Part shown: positions 1-10,158 of the stretch, piece by piece
Layout: the number at the start of each line of letters is the position of its first letter
How positions within the stretch are numbered: the stretch's first letter is position 1
Source of the DNA: Patescibacteria group bacterium
GTDB lineage: Bacteria > Patescibacteriota > WWE3 > UBA101185 > 2-01-FULL-41-18
Assembly (NCBI GenBank): GCA_038064575.1
Contig: JBBTST010000001.1
Coordinates: 99,650 to 163,649, forward strand
Direction of reading: 5' to 3'
Length of the DNA stretch: 64,000 bases
Made by a program: the position numbers and the translations under genes
Notes under the pieces: model-generated
Database searches by the model: none
What the model was told of the DNA's origin: nothing
Seen by the model: the letters and a program-made list of their open reading frames with translations, nothing else

Positions 1-55
1 CTACAATCTTGCAGGTCATCTTAATTGTTCTTTTTATGAATAACAGATTTATAGT

Positions 56-748
56 CTAGATATAAATATTGATTTTGGCATTTTTCTTAAGATCTTCTAT
101 CCAGGAAGCTATTTCATCCTGCATCTTCTGATCCTTTAGCACTTCTCTGGCTGTTTTTTGCTTATCTTCATCTGATGAACCTTCTAATGATTCTTTGTTT
201 TGATCAAGATAGCCTTTAATTTCCTCGTCTGACACTATTACCTTTGAGGCAATGTATTTCTCAATACCCAGTTGGAGTCTTACTTGTTTCTTAAAAACCT
301 CAACAGTCATCCCCTGAGCAGAAAGAGCATCGGTTAAGGACATGCCCTGAAGACTCTTCTCTATTTCCGCTACCTTACCGTTTAAGTCATCATCTGTAAC
401 TTCAATCTCTTTCTTATACAGTTCATTCTCAATTAATTTGACTGTAATGATCTCATCTAGAGTTCTTTGTCCATACCTCTCTCTTAGAGCAGAGTTTAGC
501 TGCCATGAAAAAATTGGTGAGTGATCAACCTGAGCATTAATTATCAGAGATTTATATTTTAATCCTAAAAATGAAAGAACAACTAGGACAAGTACTACCA
601 CCAACACTTGTACAAAAAGCTTACTCCCTTTAAAACTAGGTTTTAGTCCTGCACGGTCTTTGGTCTCAACACTAGGAACTTCCACATCCCTATCTTCTTT
701 TAATAGTCTAGAGGTTTTACTTTTTTTGACAGACTTCACTTTTGCCAT
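56..748 (-). CDS. membrane-anchored SurA/PrsA-like chaperone (SurA N-terminal-domain-like, no PPIase domain evident)
   Basis: 230 aa with an N-terminal TM helix (VLVVVLVLVVLSF) followed by a charged helical region. The family resemblance is weak. Confidence 0.35.
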   Translation of the reverse strand: MAKVKSVKKSKTSRLLKEDRDVEVPSVETKDRAGLKPSFKGSKLFVQVLVVVLVLVVLSFLGLKYKSLIINAQVDHSPIFSWQLNSALRERYGQRTLDEIITVKLIENELYKKEIEVTDDDLNGKVAEIEKSLQGMSLTDALSAQGMTVEVFKKQVRLQLGIEKYIASKVIVSDEEIKGYLDQNKESLEGSSDEDKQKTAREVLKDQKMQDEIASWIEDLKKNAKINIYI

Positions 749-807
749 AATTTACTGATCCAAATATTAATATTATAAGCTTAAATGCGCAAGGGCTTAA
801 TTAACCT

Positions 808-1413
808 CTAATATACAATGTTCTCTTGATGCAAAAGCCTTTCAATCACCTCCACTTGATCCGAACAGTGTGAAATAAAACCTAATTTCCTTGCATTGAT
901 ACAAGATTTATTATCATCATCAACATACAATATTTGGTTTGCCGCCAATTTGGATTCTTCCAGTAAAGCCTCATACATCAAGATGTCTGGTTTAAGAACA
1001 TGCACATTAAAGGAGAATATCTTGACGTCAAAGTTTTCTAACAATCTGTATGAATGATTAAGATACACAAGAAGATCCTCAAAAATATTTGCACAAAGTA
1101 AGGTTTTTATACCTGCCTTCTTTAATCTTACACTCAACTCATAAGCTGCTTGATTTAAAGAAAATTTAGCAGCCATTTCTAATACATACTCCCTTTCAGG
1201 AATCTGAAACCCAAAAATTTTGTTTGCGTAATCATAAAAGCTATGAGAGGGAATTACCCCCGCTTTATAATCATGGGCTTCCTTGCTTCTCTTAAATACT
1301 GCTTCTACTGTGTGTTTTGGAATAAAATAAGTCTCAGACAACCACACAATAAAGTCTTCCATTCCTCTATTAAAATAAATCCCATCCAAATCAAAATAAA
1401 CCCCTTTAATCAT
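808..1413 (-). CDS. HAD-superfamily hydrolase
   Basis: N-terminal FDLDG motif (the DxD nucleophile of HAD enzymes) and a C-terminal VDDD motif. Confidence 0.6.
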   Translation of the reverse strand: MIKGVYFDLDGIYFNRGMEDFIVWLSETYFIPKHTVEAVFKRSKEAHDYKAGVIPSHSFYDYANKIFGFQIPEREYVLEMAAKFSLNQAAYELSVRLKKAGIKTLLCANIFEDLLVYLNHSYRLLENFDVKIFSFNVHVLKPDILMYEALLEESKLAANQILYVDDDNKSCINARKLGFISHCSDQVEVIERLLHQENIVY

Positions 1414-1465
1414 TATTCAATATTAAACCAAATATAACTTTTTGCCACACAGCTAATTTATTTGT

Positions 1466-2551
1466 ATGATTGGCATTACAATGGCAGGGCTCAAAAACTT
1501 TTTAAAACAGAATAAAGAAGCTGTACAAAAGACCCTAAGTTTGTTTTTTGATGGAAAAATCATTAAAGCTGTGTCTCATGACCCAAACTCAATTTATACC
1601 AAAAGGCTAAACCAACTCAAAACCGCTACTTGCCAAGATGGGAAGGTAATAAGATCCGCCATAGCCGCGCTTTCCTTTGGTATAACAACAAATAAGAGCT
1701 TATCACAAGCCGAACTAGAGGCCATTTCAGCCCTGGAACTTTTACACAGGTTTCTTTTAATACATGACGACATAGCAGATGAGGATACCATTAGATATTC
1801 AAAACCAAACTTGATTGCCCAAATCCAACAGGAGCAACCAAAAAAAGGTGTTTATGCGCTTTCTTCCGGGATGATTCTTGGAGACCTGGATCATAGTTTT
1901 ATGTATGAAACCATATTGAATACTTCACTAAACGCTCAACTAAAATTAAAACTTATTAAAAAACTGGGAGAAATAATAGATAGTGTTAGTTTAGGCTGGT
2001 TTGTTGAGTATGAAAACAGCCATAAGGCTATTAGTAAGACTAACCTAAAGAAAGTATTTGAAAATCTCAAATACATTACTTCTATTTATACAACTCAGGG
2101 TCCGGCTGAGTATGGCTTGATTTTAGCTAACAAAGATTATGGTAAAACTGTAAAAGCTTTTAATAAAATTATGTATCCTATTGGAATCTCATATCAAATT
2201 AAAGATGATCTGCTGGGTTTATTTAGTCACAATATAGAATCGGGTCAAGAGGCATTGTCTGACATCAGGCAGGGGAAAAAAACCATACACATTTTGAAAG
2301 CTTATGAAAAAACTCACAATACAGGAAAGCGCTATTTAGAAAAAATCTATGGCTCTAACAAAGTCACCCACAAAGATCTGGACACTATTAGGGAACTAGT
2401 GACTGATAGCAACGCCCACACATATACTCTGGATTTAGCGGAAAAACTAATTCAGGATTCAAAAGCTGAAATTAACAACCTTCCAAACCAAAACCAATTT
2501 ACTGAAATTCTGCTAGAACTTTGTGATTTTGTGCTTGAAAGATCAAATTGA
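1466..2551 (+). CDS. polyprenyl (trans-isoprenyl) diphosphate synthase
   Basis: First aspartate-rich motif LIHDDIADED and second motif KDDLLG, as in FPP/GGPP synthases. Confidence 0.8.
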   Translation: MIGITMAGLKNFLKQNKEAVQKTLSLFFDGKIIKAVSHDPNSIYTKRLNQLKTATCQDGKVIRSAIAALSFGITTNKSLSQAELEAISALELLHRFLLIHDDIADEDTIRYSKPNLIAQIQQEQPKKGVYALSSGMILGDLDHSFMYETILNTSLNAQLKLKLIKKLGEIIDSVSLGWFVEYENSHKAISKTNLKKVFENLKYITSIYTTQGPAEYGLILANKDYGKTVKAFNKIMYPIGISYQIKDDLLGLFSHNIESGQEALSDIRQGKKTIHILKAYEKTHNTGKRYLEKIYGSNKVTHKDLDTIRELVTDSNAHTYTLDLAEKLIQDSKAEINNLPNQNQFTEILLELCDFVLERSN

Positions 2552-2555
2552 CAAG

Positions 2556-2969
2556 TTATTGTGCTATCTCAGAAGTACTGTCAGCAGGAACGTTATTTTT
2601 GAAGAAAGCTTCTATCTCATTAAGAATCTGGTTGGGAAGATACTTTGCCTTTAGTAAGTAGCCATTAGCCCCAATCTTAAACGCTTCCTTGATAATGGAC
2701 TCCTGTCCTAAGTTTGTTAGAAGAAAAATAGGAACAGTCTTCAAGTGCTCAGCTTGGTCTTTTCTGATCTCTTTTAAAACATCTATCCCGGTCATCTTAG
2801 GAAGCATGATGTCTAAAAGAATCATATCAAATTTTTCTGCTTTGGCTTTGGTAAGGCCATCTTGCCCATCTTGAGAGCTTACTACATCATAGCCGGCACT
2901 ACCCAGTACTTTCTCATAAAGCTCCCTGATAAATATTTCATCTTCTACAAGTAAAATTCTCTTTTTCAT
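2556..2969 (-). CDS. single-domain response regulator (CheY-like receiver)
   Basis: 137 aa; LLVEDE...DMILLDIMLPKMTGIDV receiver signature with no output domain. Confidence 0.8.
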   Translation of the reverse strand: MKKRILLVEDEIFIRELYEKVLGSAGYDVVSSQDGQDGLTKAKAEKFDMILLDIMLPKMTGIDVLKEIRKDQAEHLKTVPIFLLTNLGQESIIKEAFKIGANGYLLKAKYLPNQILNEIEAFFKNNVPADSTSEIAQ

Positions 2970-2975
2970 AATCTC

Positions 2976-4532
2976 TTAAGCTCTTGGAACACTAAAGCTG
3001 AATGTGCTGCCTTTTCCAAGGTCGCTATCAACCCATATGTCCCCTCCATGCAATTTTACTATCTCTCTGGAAATATACAATCCTAATCCAGTCCCTTTAG
3101 AACCTTGCTCCAACGTTCCTGATACCCTATAAAACTTGGTGAAGAGGTGGGGTAAGGATTCTTTAGGTATCCCCTGCCCTGAATCTTTGACATGCGTTAT
3201 GACAAATTTGTCTGTCACCTCCAAAAAAACAAGCACTGTCCCGCCGGCTCCTGTATATCTAATCGCGTTGTCTAAAAGATTTGATAACACTTCCCCTATC
3301 ATAATTGCATCTACCATCACATCCGTAGGAATGTCTGTGGGCATGAAAGTAAGCTTAACTTTTCTTTCATTAGCAAGGCTTACAAAACTCTGGACCGTTT
3401 GTTGAACAAGCTCCATCCAGTTAACCTCATCTTTACTCAAAACTACACCGCCTCTCTCAATTCTGGAAACGTTAAGCAAATTTTCAACAAGTGAAAACAG
3501 CTGATTTGATGACAAATAGGAACGTTCAAGGTATATTTTTTGATCGTCACTCATTCCGGGAATTTTATCGAGCTCAGAAATAAGAAGTGACAGATAACCC
3601 CTTATTGAAGTTAAAGGAGTTCTAAGTTCATGAGCTGCAATAGACACAAAGTCCAGTTTCATTGTTTCAAGCTCTTTCATGTTTGTCACATCATGAACCG
3701 TAACAATACAGCCAACGTTTACATTAGCACCCTCAGCTATAACAGTGCTTACCACAGAAACATAAAATTCTTTGTTGGTTCGGCCTTTTAATATTATATT
3801 TTCAGCTTTATATACTTTTCTTTCTTCTATTACTTTTATTAGAGGACAATAGGCATTTGAGGTAAGCTCAGCCCCATCCTTCTGGGCAAATTTGACATAT
3901 TCATCTACATTATTTCCTAAAACCTCGCTTTCAAGAAAGCCCGTCATATCCTCCATAGCCTTATTAAAGGCAATTACTCTTTTATCCCTATCAAGTGCAA
4001 AAACGCCATCCACTGTGTTATATAACACTATTCTAAATTTGTTTCTTTCCGATTCTAATTCGTTTGTTCTTTCAGCAACCCGCTTTTCCAGCTCCTCTTT
4101 AGAAATCTCCAGTTCCTGAGTTCTTTGTCTAACCTTCTCCTCAAGATCTTCCCTGCCTAAAACAGACAGTTTCTCATTTTCTAAAACACCGCTTGGCAAC
4201 ACTCCCAACAGCTCAAAATACCCCTTAGTTACCCCATATCTTGAAACAACTCCCTTCACAGTTTTTTCCAAGTCTGAACTTGCAACCGAATAGCCAAAAA
4301 CCTCTTTTGACTTTTCATAAAGGGTTACCATAATTTCGTATTTTTGTGTATCAGAGAGCCGTGATGTGTCATCGGTGTTATATTTTTCAAGAAGCATTGA
4401 GCTAACTTTGTCTTTACCAAGCTTTCCCTGATTTACCCTCAGGTATTCCTTCAATACCAAATCAACAAGCGCAGGCATGGAAGCAGTTTGTTGGGGTGTT
4501 TCTTGTTTCTGTTTTATAAACGGCAAGAGCAT
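2976..4532 (-). CDS. cytoplasmic PAS-domain sensor histidine kinase
   Basis: H-box HELRTPLTSIRGY and HATPase G-boxes (GTGLGLYISREIV, GKGSTFSF); coiled-coil plus PAS segment upstream; no TM helix. Confidence 0.8.
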   Translation of the reverse strand: MLLPFIKQKQETPQQTASMPALVDLVLKEYLRVNQGKLGKDKVSSMLLEKYNTDDTSRLSDTQKYEIMVTLYEKSKEVFGYSVASSDLEKTVKGVVSRYGVTKGYFELLGVLPSGVLENEKLSVLGREDLEEKVRQRTQELEISKEELEKRVAERTNELESERNKFRIVLYNTVDGVFALDRDKRVIAFNKAMEDMTGFLESEVLGNNVDEYVKFAQKDGAELTSNAYCPLIKVIEERKVYKAENIILKGRTNKEFYVSVVSTVIAEGANVNVGCIVTVHDVTNMKELETMKLDFVSIAAHELRTPLTSIRGYLSLLISELDKIPGMSDDQKIYLERSYLSSNQLFSLVENLLNVSRIERGGVVLSKDEVNWMELVQQTVQSFVSLANERKVKLTFMPTDIPTDVMVDAIMIGEVLSNLLDNAIRYTGAGGTVLVFLEVTDKFVITHVKDSGQGIPKESLPHLFTKFYRVSGTLEQGSKGTGLGLYISREIVKLHGGDIWVDSDLGKGSTFSFSVPRA

Positions 4533-4536
4533 TACT

Positions 4537-5991
4537 TTAAATATACAATCTCAATCTCTCAAGCACAACTTCTCTTCCAAGTAGTTCAAGGGTGGCAAAA
4601 AGTGGAGGTGTAACTTCTTTACCTGAAATAGCAACTCTTAAAGTCATAAAAGCATCTTTTGGCTTCATTTGCAGTTTTGAGAGGACTTCATGCCCTGCTA
4701 GCTCAAGGTTTTTTTCATCCCAAACAAGTTTGTCTGATACAAAAGACTCCAAAAAACTCCTGATAATAACTTGTGCCGTTTCCAAATTTCCGGCAAATTT
4801 AGATACTAAAGCGCTGGGTGGAGTTTCAAAACAGTCAATAAAAGACGTAAGTCCCTCAAAATCAGACAGCTTTTTAAGCCTATCCAGTATTAGAGAAACA
4901 AGCTTAACCCCTTTTTCCTTGTGCATCGTATTTAAAACTGTCGGAATTTCAAACTTTTCAGCCCAGACCACAATCCTTTCATAAACCTCCATGGCGCCAA
5001 GGGAACGAAGGTAGTATCCGTTTAACCAAAGCAATTTATCCCTATCAAATGCCACAAGATCAGATTTATGAACTCTTTCCAGAGAAAAATCTTTTATGAA
5101 GTCAGAAAGAGAATAAATTTCCTTTTCAGTCCCCGGGTTCCACCCAAGAAACATTAAAAAATTAAGGAGTGCCTCCGGAAGATAACCGTCTTTTAAAAAG
5201 AAAACAGCATCAACTGATCCACTTCTTTTGGAAAGCTTTTTATTTGCTCCAACCTCCTTTAGATTTGACAGGTGTCCATGAATAGGCATATCCCACCCTA
5301 AAGCTTTATACAAAAGAATGTGTTTAGGCGTGGAGGGAAGCCATTCAACACCCCTTAAAACATGGGAAATCCGCATAAGGCGGTCATCAACCACAACTGC
5401 AAGATGATAAGTTGGATAGCCATCAGACTTTAAAAGCACATAATCATCAAGATCAGATGAGTTAAATGAGATTTTCCCCAAGAAAAGATCTTCAAAAAAC
5501 ACCTCCTCATTTTCCGGCATTTTGAATCTTATAACATGCTTTTCTCCTCTTTTTATGGCCTCTGAAACTTCATTTCCAGAAAGCATAAGGCAATGTCTGT
5601 TGTACTTTGTGACCGGGGAACCGTTGACTTTTTGATCCTGCCTAGCTTTTTGAAGAGCCTCTTCAGAACAGAAACAGCAATAGGCTAAACCTTTTTCAAC
5701 AAGCTTTTTTGCATACTCAGAATAAATATGAAGCCTTTGGGATTGAATATAGGGTTCAAAAGGACCACCCACCTCAGGACCCTCGTCCCAAGAAAGACCA
5801 TAGTCTCTTATAACTTTGAGCGTCCTTTCCAAAGCACCCGGCACAAATCTCTGCCTGTCAGTATCTTCAATTCTTAAAATAAACTGCCCCCCGTTCTTTT
5901 TAGCCCACGCATAATTATAAAGCATGGTTCGCATACTACCTATGTGATATTCCCCAGTGGGGCTTGGAGCCATGCGCGTCCTTACAGTCAT
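4537..5991 (-). CDS. gltX: glutamyl-tRNA synthetase
   Basis: Class I signature at the N-terminus (PSPTGEYHIGSMRT) and the KLSKRSG (KMSKS) motif. Confidence 0.85.
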   Translation of the reverse strand: MTVRTRMAPSPTGEYHIGSMRTMLYNYAWAKKNGGQFILRIEDTDRQRFVPGALERTLKVIRDYGLSWDEGPEVGGPFEPYIQSQRLHIYSEYAKKLVEKGLAYCCFCSEEALQKARQDQKVNGSPVTKYNRHCLMLSGNEVSEAIKRGEKHVIRFKMPENEEVFFEDLFLGKISFNSSDLDDYVLLKSDGYPTYHLAVVVDDRLMRISHVLRGVEWLPSTPKHILLYKALGWDMPIHGHLSNLKEVGANKKLSKRSGSVDAVFFLKDGYLPEALLNFLMFLGWNPGTEKEIYSLSDFIKDFSLERVHKSDLVAFDRDKLLWLNGYYLRSLGAMEVYERIVVWAEKFEIPTVLNTMHKEKGVKLVSLILDRLKKLSDFEGLTSFIDCFETPPSALVSKFAGNLETAQVIIRSFLESFVSDKLVWDEKNLELAGHEVLSKLQMKPKDAFMTLRVAISGKEVTPPLFATLELLGREVVLERLRLYI

Positions 5992-6065
5992 GCCAACAAT
6001 ATAGCTATTACACCCCCTTTTAGCAAGGCATTCAAGGAAGACTTTAAAAATGTTAAGATAAAATT

Positions 6066-7211
6066 ATGTCCAACCTAACAAGGACTTCTAAAGTTGCAAG
6101 AGTCTCAATCAACGTAACAGTAATCAGTTTGGTTTTATATTCAATAATCTACTTTTCTTTTCCGGGCATAGTAAAGACTCTTACTAATCTTTTTCCAAAG
6201 GAGGAGAAAGCTAATTTCTTATTTGGCACACTCCCCAAAATTAAATTTAACTCTTTTATAATAGGCGCTGATACAACCCCTACATATGAGCTTAATACCC
6301 CCACAGGCAGACTCCCTTCAGATATAACTAAAAAACTATTTAATGTTTACAAAGTAGTGCAGCCAACACAATCGTTTTCAGCAGGAAAGCAAGCTCAGGC
6401 AAAAGCTCAAAAGTTTGCCTTCACAGATAATGAACTGGCAAGCGGGCTAACCGGAAATATATACAAGTGGATTGACACCAAAAGATCAAGAACTCTGGAA
6501 ATTAACATAGTGACAAACACTATGAATTTAAACACTAATCTGTCACAGCTAGAAGGCCGTTTTCTAAACGATCCCAGATTGACAGATGAAGCTCAACCGG
6601 CAAATTTAATAGGCAGATTAAGAGAGTTTGGTTTTTTTCAGGATCCACTTTATCAAAAAAGAGGTGTTCCAAGAATAATTTATGGAAAGTATTTCAATGG
6701 AAGGATAGAAGAAACTACTACACCTCAGGATTATACCTTTGCAAAGCTTGACGTTTTTAGAACAGTTTTCCAAGTACCTATTGTAGGACCAAGATATGAT
6801 GAAGGTCTTTTGGGAGTTACAATCGCTAAACCAAAGGATGATCAGGATCTAAAAATTGTGAAGCTTACAGCTCATGAATGGACCATTGTAACTGACTTAA
6901 CGGGAACCAAAATTGGTACATACCCAACACTTTCGGTAGATGAAGCGTGGAAACAGGTAACTTTGAATAAAGGCTTTTTCTCAAAACTGAAGCTTAGGAA
7001 AACTGGAAGCCAATTTGAGGCTTATCAACCAATAAGCATCGCCAGAGTCTCTATAGAAAAAGTATACTTGGCATATTTTGATTCTTGGGAGTATCAGGAA
7101 GTAATGCAGCCTATATATGTATTTCAGGGGACCTTCAATGCTACTGATGGTAACCTTGGAGATGTTGCCATTTATTATCCCGCAATCCACCCAAGTTATA
7201 TAAAACAATAA
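6066..7211 (+). CDS. hypothetical membrane-anchored/secreted protein
   Basis: 381 aa with an N-terminal TM helix and no recognisable motif; transcribed divergently from gltX. Confidence 0.4.
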   Translation: MSNLTRTSKVARVSINVTVISLVLYSIIYFSFPGIVKTLTNLFPKEEKANFLFGTLPKIKFNSFIIGADTTPTYELNTPTGRLPSDITKKLFNVYKVVQPTQSFSAGKQAQAKAQKFAFTDNELASGLTGNIYKWIDTKRSRTLEINIVTNTMNLNTNLSQLEGRFLNDPRLTDEAQPANLIGRLREFGFFQDPLYQKRGVPRIIYGKYFNGRIEETTTPQDYTFAKLDVFRTVFQVPIVGPRYDEGLLGVTIAKPKDDQDLKIVKLTAHEWTIVTDLTGTKIGTYPTLSVDEAWKQVTLNKGFFSKLKLRKTGSQFEAYQPISIARVSIEKVYLAYFDSWEYQEVMQPIYVFQGTFNATDGNLGDVAIYYPAIHPSYIKQ

Positions 7212-7228
7212 GTCAATTCACAACCTAG

Positions 7229-8314
7229 CTACAGTAGAAGTGAATAATTTTTATCAACAAACTCAATAAGTTTTTTTGTGTCTGCAAACCTGTCAGAGCT
7301 TCCCATCACTATTGTAATAATCTCATCATCTTTATATTGATAAGAAAACACTAAAACCTCTTTGGCCTTTTCTGTCTTGCCCGTTTTAATTCCTAGAGCT
7401 CCGGGAATCTCAAACAACAGCTTATTTGTGGATCTGATGGGATGAGAAAGTTTTAAGTCTTTGGAATACAACACCTCTTCTTTAGTCCCCACTATCTTTC
7501 TGAAAACCCCGTTTTTCATGGCATTGGAAGCCATAATATAAAGATCCCTTGCCGTGGAAACATGCCCTCCATCACTACTGTCAAGCCCAATTGCATTTGT
7601 GAAATTAGTATTTGTTACACCTATTTCTCTTGCAAGTTCGTTCATTTTTGTAACAAAGGCTTGCTCGGAGAGCAAATTTGAGGAAAGCGCGCAAGCTGCA
7701 TCTCCTGCAGAAGCTACCAAAACACCATACAACAAAGATTCCACGCTAATTTTTTCAGAAGGCCTTAAGCCAATCTTTGCACCTTCAACTTTAGTACAAG
7801 TTTCTGAAACCTCTATTAAGTCCCCCAGATTAAATTCTTTTATGGCAATCAAAGCCGTCAGAATTTTTGTTGTTGAGGCTGGAGGCAGTTTAAGATCAGG
7901 TTCTTTTTCATAGAGGATTTTTCTTGTTTTTGAACTCACAACAATAGCACTGGTTGCCAAAATTTCGGGCTCAACAATTCCCTGCCTTTTTACTTCTTCT
8001 AAAAAAGGAGAATAAGTTGTTTTTTTCTCTTGACCTGAGAAAGTTGCTTCCTTTGAATCTAGGGCTGCTTTTGAACTTGCTCCAAGAACGTTTTTTTTAT
8101 AATAAAGGGAACCTATTAAGGAGCCTATTGAAACACTAACTAATATCAAAAAGAGTGAGATTGAAAAGGTAGAAAAAAGCCTTTTACGGGAGGCGGACAA
8201 ACCGGCTACAATCTTCAAAGTTGGAGAATGCGCTTCAGAGATTTCCTCAACTCTTGTTTTAAGATATGCATCTTGTTCTGTTCTTTTCTTTCTATGTTTA
8301 CTTCTTTTAGACAT
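7229..8314 (-). CDS. D-alanyl-D-alanine carboxypeptidase (S11, PBP5-like)
   Basis: SxxK motif (ASTTK), SAGD (SxN-like) and KTG motif (IKTGKT); N-terminal TM anchor. Confidence 0.7.
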   Translation of the reverse strand: MSKRSKHRKKRTEQDAYLKTRVEEISEAHSPTLKIVAGLSASRKRLFSTFSISLFLILVSVSIGSLIGSLYYKKNVLGASSKAALDSKEATFSGQEKKTTYSPFLEEVKRQGIVEPEILATSAIVVSSKTRKILYEKEPDLKLPPASTTKILTALIAIKEFNLGDLIEVSETCTKVEGAKIGLRPSEKISVESLLYGVLVASAGDAACALSSNLLSEQAFVTKMNELAREIGVTNTNFTNAIGLDSSDGGHVSTARDLYIMASNAMKNGVFRKIVGTKEEVLYSKDLKLSHPIRSTNKLLFEIPGALGIKTGKTEKAKEVLVFSYQYKDDEIITIVMGSSDRFADTKKLIEFVDKNYSLLL

Positions 8315-8317
8315 AAT

Positions 8318-8785
8318 TTAAACTGAAAAACTGCCAAAAGTTGGATTTTCCATACCAATAAGATCCACTGTTTTCATTTTAACTGAGCTTGTCAATGACC
8401 CTGCATTAAAAACAGCGATTTCTTTAGATTTAAAAGCGTGATCAAAATATGTTTTTAGCCCTAAGATAGAACCCGTAGGTGGTATTGAACCTACTTCAAG
8501 GGCAGTTAAAGCTTTAACCGCTTCACGCGAGGCCATGCACAGATCTTTAATCTTAAACTCAGCCTTAAAGACCTTAGTATCAACTTTTTTATCAGCTGGC
8601 AGAACCACTAAGATAGCAGTTTTATCTGCAATAAAAACCAAAGCTTTGGCACCCTCTTCCAATGCAGTATCCCTAACTCTTGCAGCATCGGCACTTGTGT
8701 GCACAGGTTCATGTTCAAGAACCTCATAGCTATAGCCAAGCGTATTCAGTTTTTCCAAAATCTTTTCAAATACAGTCATTTTCAA
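8318..8785 (-). CDS. YbaK/ProX-family aminoacyl-tRNA deacylase
   Basis: 155-aa fold-level resemblance to Cys-tRNA(Pro) deacylase; overlaps the aspS stop by 4 nt (operon). Confidence 0.55.
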   Translation of the reverse strand: MKMTVFEKILEKLNTLGYSYEVLEHEPVHTSADAARVRDTALEEGAKALVFIADKTAILVVLPADKKVDTKVFKAEFKIKDLCMASREAVKALTALEVGSIPPTGSILGLKTYFDHAFKSKEIAVFNAGSLTSSVKMKTVDLIGMENPTFGSFSV

Positions 8786-10158
8786 GGCGCAAGCCTGTTA
8801 AGATCTCTAGGAAAGAGCGTAGCTTCCTTGACGTTGTTAAGACCTATTAGCTTTTGTGTCAGCCTTTCAAGTCCCAGACCTCCGCCTCCGTGACTTGGCA
8901 TCCCATATTTGAAGGCTTGTAAAAAGTATTGGTAACCCGGATCCTCAAGATCTCCCCCAAAATCAACCAGTTGTTTCACAATGTTAGCATAGCGGTGTTC
9001 TCTCCTACTGGTAGTGATAATTTCAACACCTCTAAAAATCAAATCCGCTCTTTCTGTAACTTCAGGGTTTGTCTCACTTCTAAAGTGGTAAAACTTCATG
9101 TGACTTGCCGGAAATTCCGTAATATAAACCGCTTCGCTGCCCCAGTGCTTTGCAGAATACTCACAAATGAATCGTTCCTCAGAAGGAGTAGGATCTTTTT
9201 CTTTTCTAAAATCCTCTCCTTTTTCCTTTAGATAAAGCTCATGCAGGTCTTTCATGGTAATTTGTGGTAACTCCTTTTTAAGAATTGGCTTTTCTGCTTT
9301 GAGCAGACTTAATTCCTTTTCATGAGTTTCCCACACCCGCTCACATGTAAAGTAGATTAACTCACCAAGTAGGGTTAATACATCCTGAAAGGCATTTATA
9401 AAGCCCATCTCAAAATCTATTGAAAGATACTCGGTCATGTGCCTTGTGGTGGAACTTGGTTCGGCTCTGTACGCTGCTCCAAACTCATAAACTCTTTCAA
9501 GAGACCCTACCATAATTTGCTTATAAAACTGAGGTGATTGGGCCAAAAACGCGCTTTTCCCAAAGTAGTCCAGTTTAAAAACCTCAGCACCTCCCTCAGT
9601 AGCCTGAGCCAAAATTTTAGGACTGTGAAATTCTGTAAAATCATTGGCTTTCAGAAATTCTCTGATTGCTTCTCCCACACCTGCCTGCACTTTCCAGATA
9701 CCTTGCTCCGTTACATTTCTCATGTTTACTATCTTGTTATCAAAGAGACTTTCAAGGTTTTCCGGTTTGTGATCTATTGGTTTGTCTATTTCTACAGGTG
9801 AGACATACTCAACAGGAACAACAACCGTAACTTTTGGCTTTCTAATTTCAACTCCAAGCTCGACTCTTTTTTCTTCTACCACGTCTCCTTCAACCAACAA
9901 AATAGTACCCGCATACAAACCCTTTAATTTTTCTGCTTCTTCCGACTGCTCATCAACTACCTGCACAAGCCCGCCCCTGTCTCTAATGACCAGAAAGGTC
10001 ATGCCTCCAAGCTCCCTCTTTTTGTGAAGCCACCCATAAATTTTTACTGTTTTTCCTACGTGCTTTGGAAGCGCAGTAGAAAGAACCCTTGGTGTAAACT
10101 CCTTAACTGTTGGTGTTTTTTTCATAAATAACTTTCTTAGCAAATAAACTTGGTGCAA
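8782..10158 (-). CDS. aspS: aspartyl-tRNA synthetase, archaeal/eukaryotic type (type 2)
   Basis: Class II motifs FRAE and GGGGLGLERL; motif-1 region FLAQSPQFYKQ matches AspRS type 2; N-terminal OB domain. The likely true start is an internal MKKTPTVKE near 10125. Confidence 0.8.
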   Translation of the reverse strand: MHQVYLLRKLFMKKTPTVKEFTPRVLSTALPKHVGKTVKIYGWLHKKRELGGMTFLVIRDRGGLVQVVDEQSEEAEKLKGLYAGTILLVEGDVVEEKRVELGVEIRKPKVTVVVPVEYVSPVEIDKPIDHKPENLESLFDNKIVNMRNVTEQGIWKVQAGVGEAIREFLKANDFTEFHSPKILAQATEGGAEVFKLDYFGKSAFLAQSPQFYKQIMVGSLERVYEFGAAYRAEPSSTTRHMTEYLSIDFEMGFINAFQDVLTLLGELIYFTCERVWETHEKELSLLKAEKPILKKELPQITMKDLHELYLKEKGEDFRKEKDPTPSEERFICEYSAKHWGSEAVYITEFPASHMKFYHFRSETNPEVTERADLIFRGVEIITTSRREHRYANIVKQLVDFGGDLEDPGYQYFLQAFKYGMPSHGGGGLGLERLTQKLIGLNNVKEATLFPRDLNRLAP

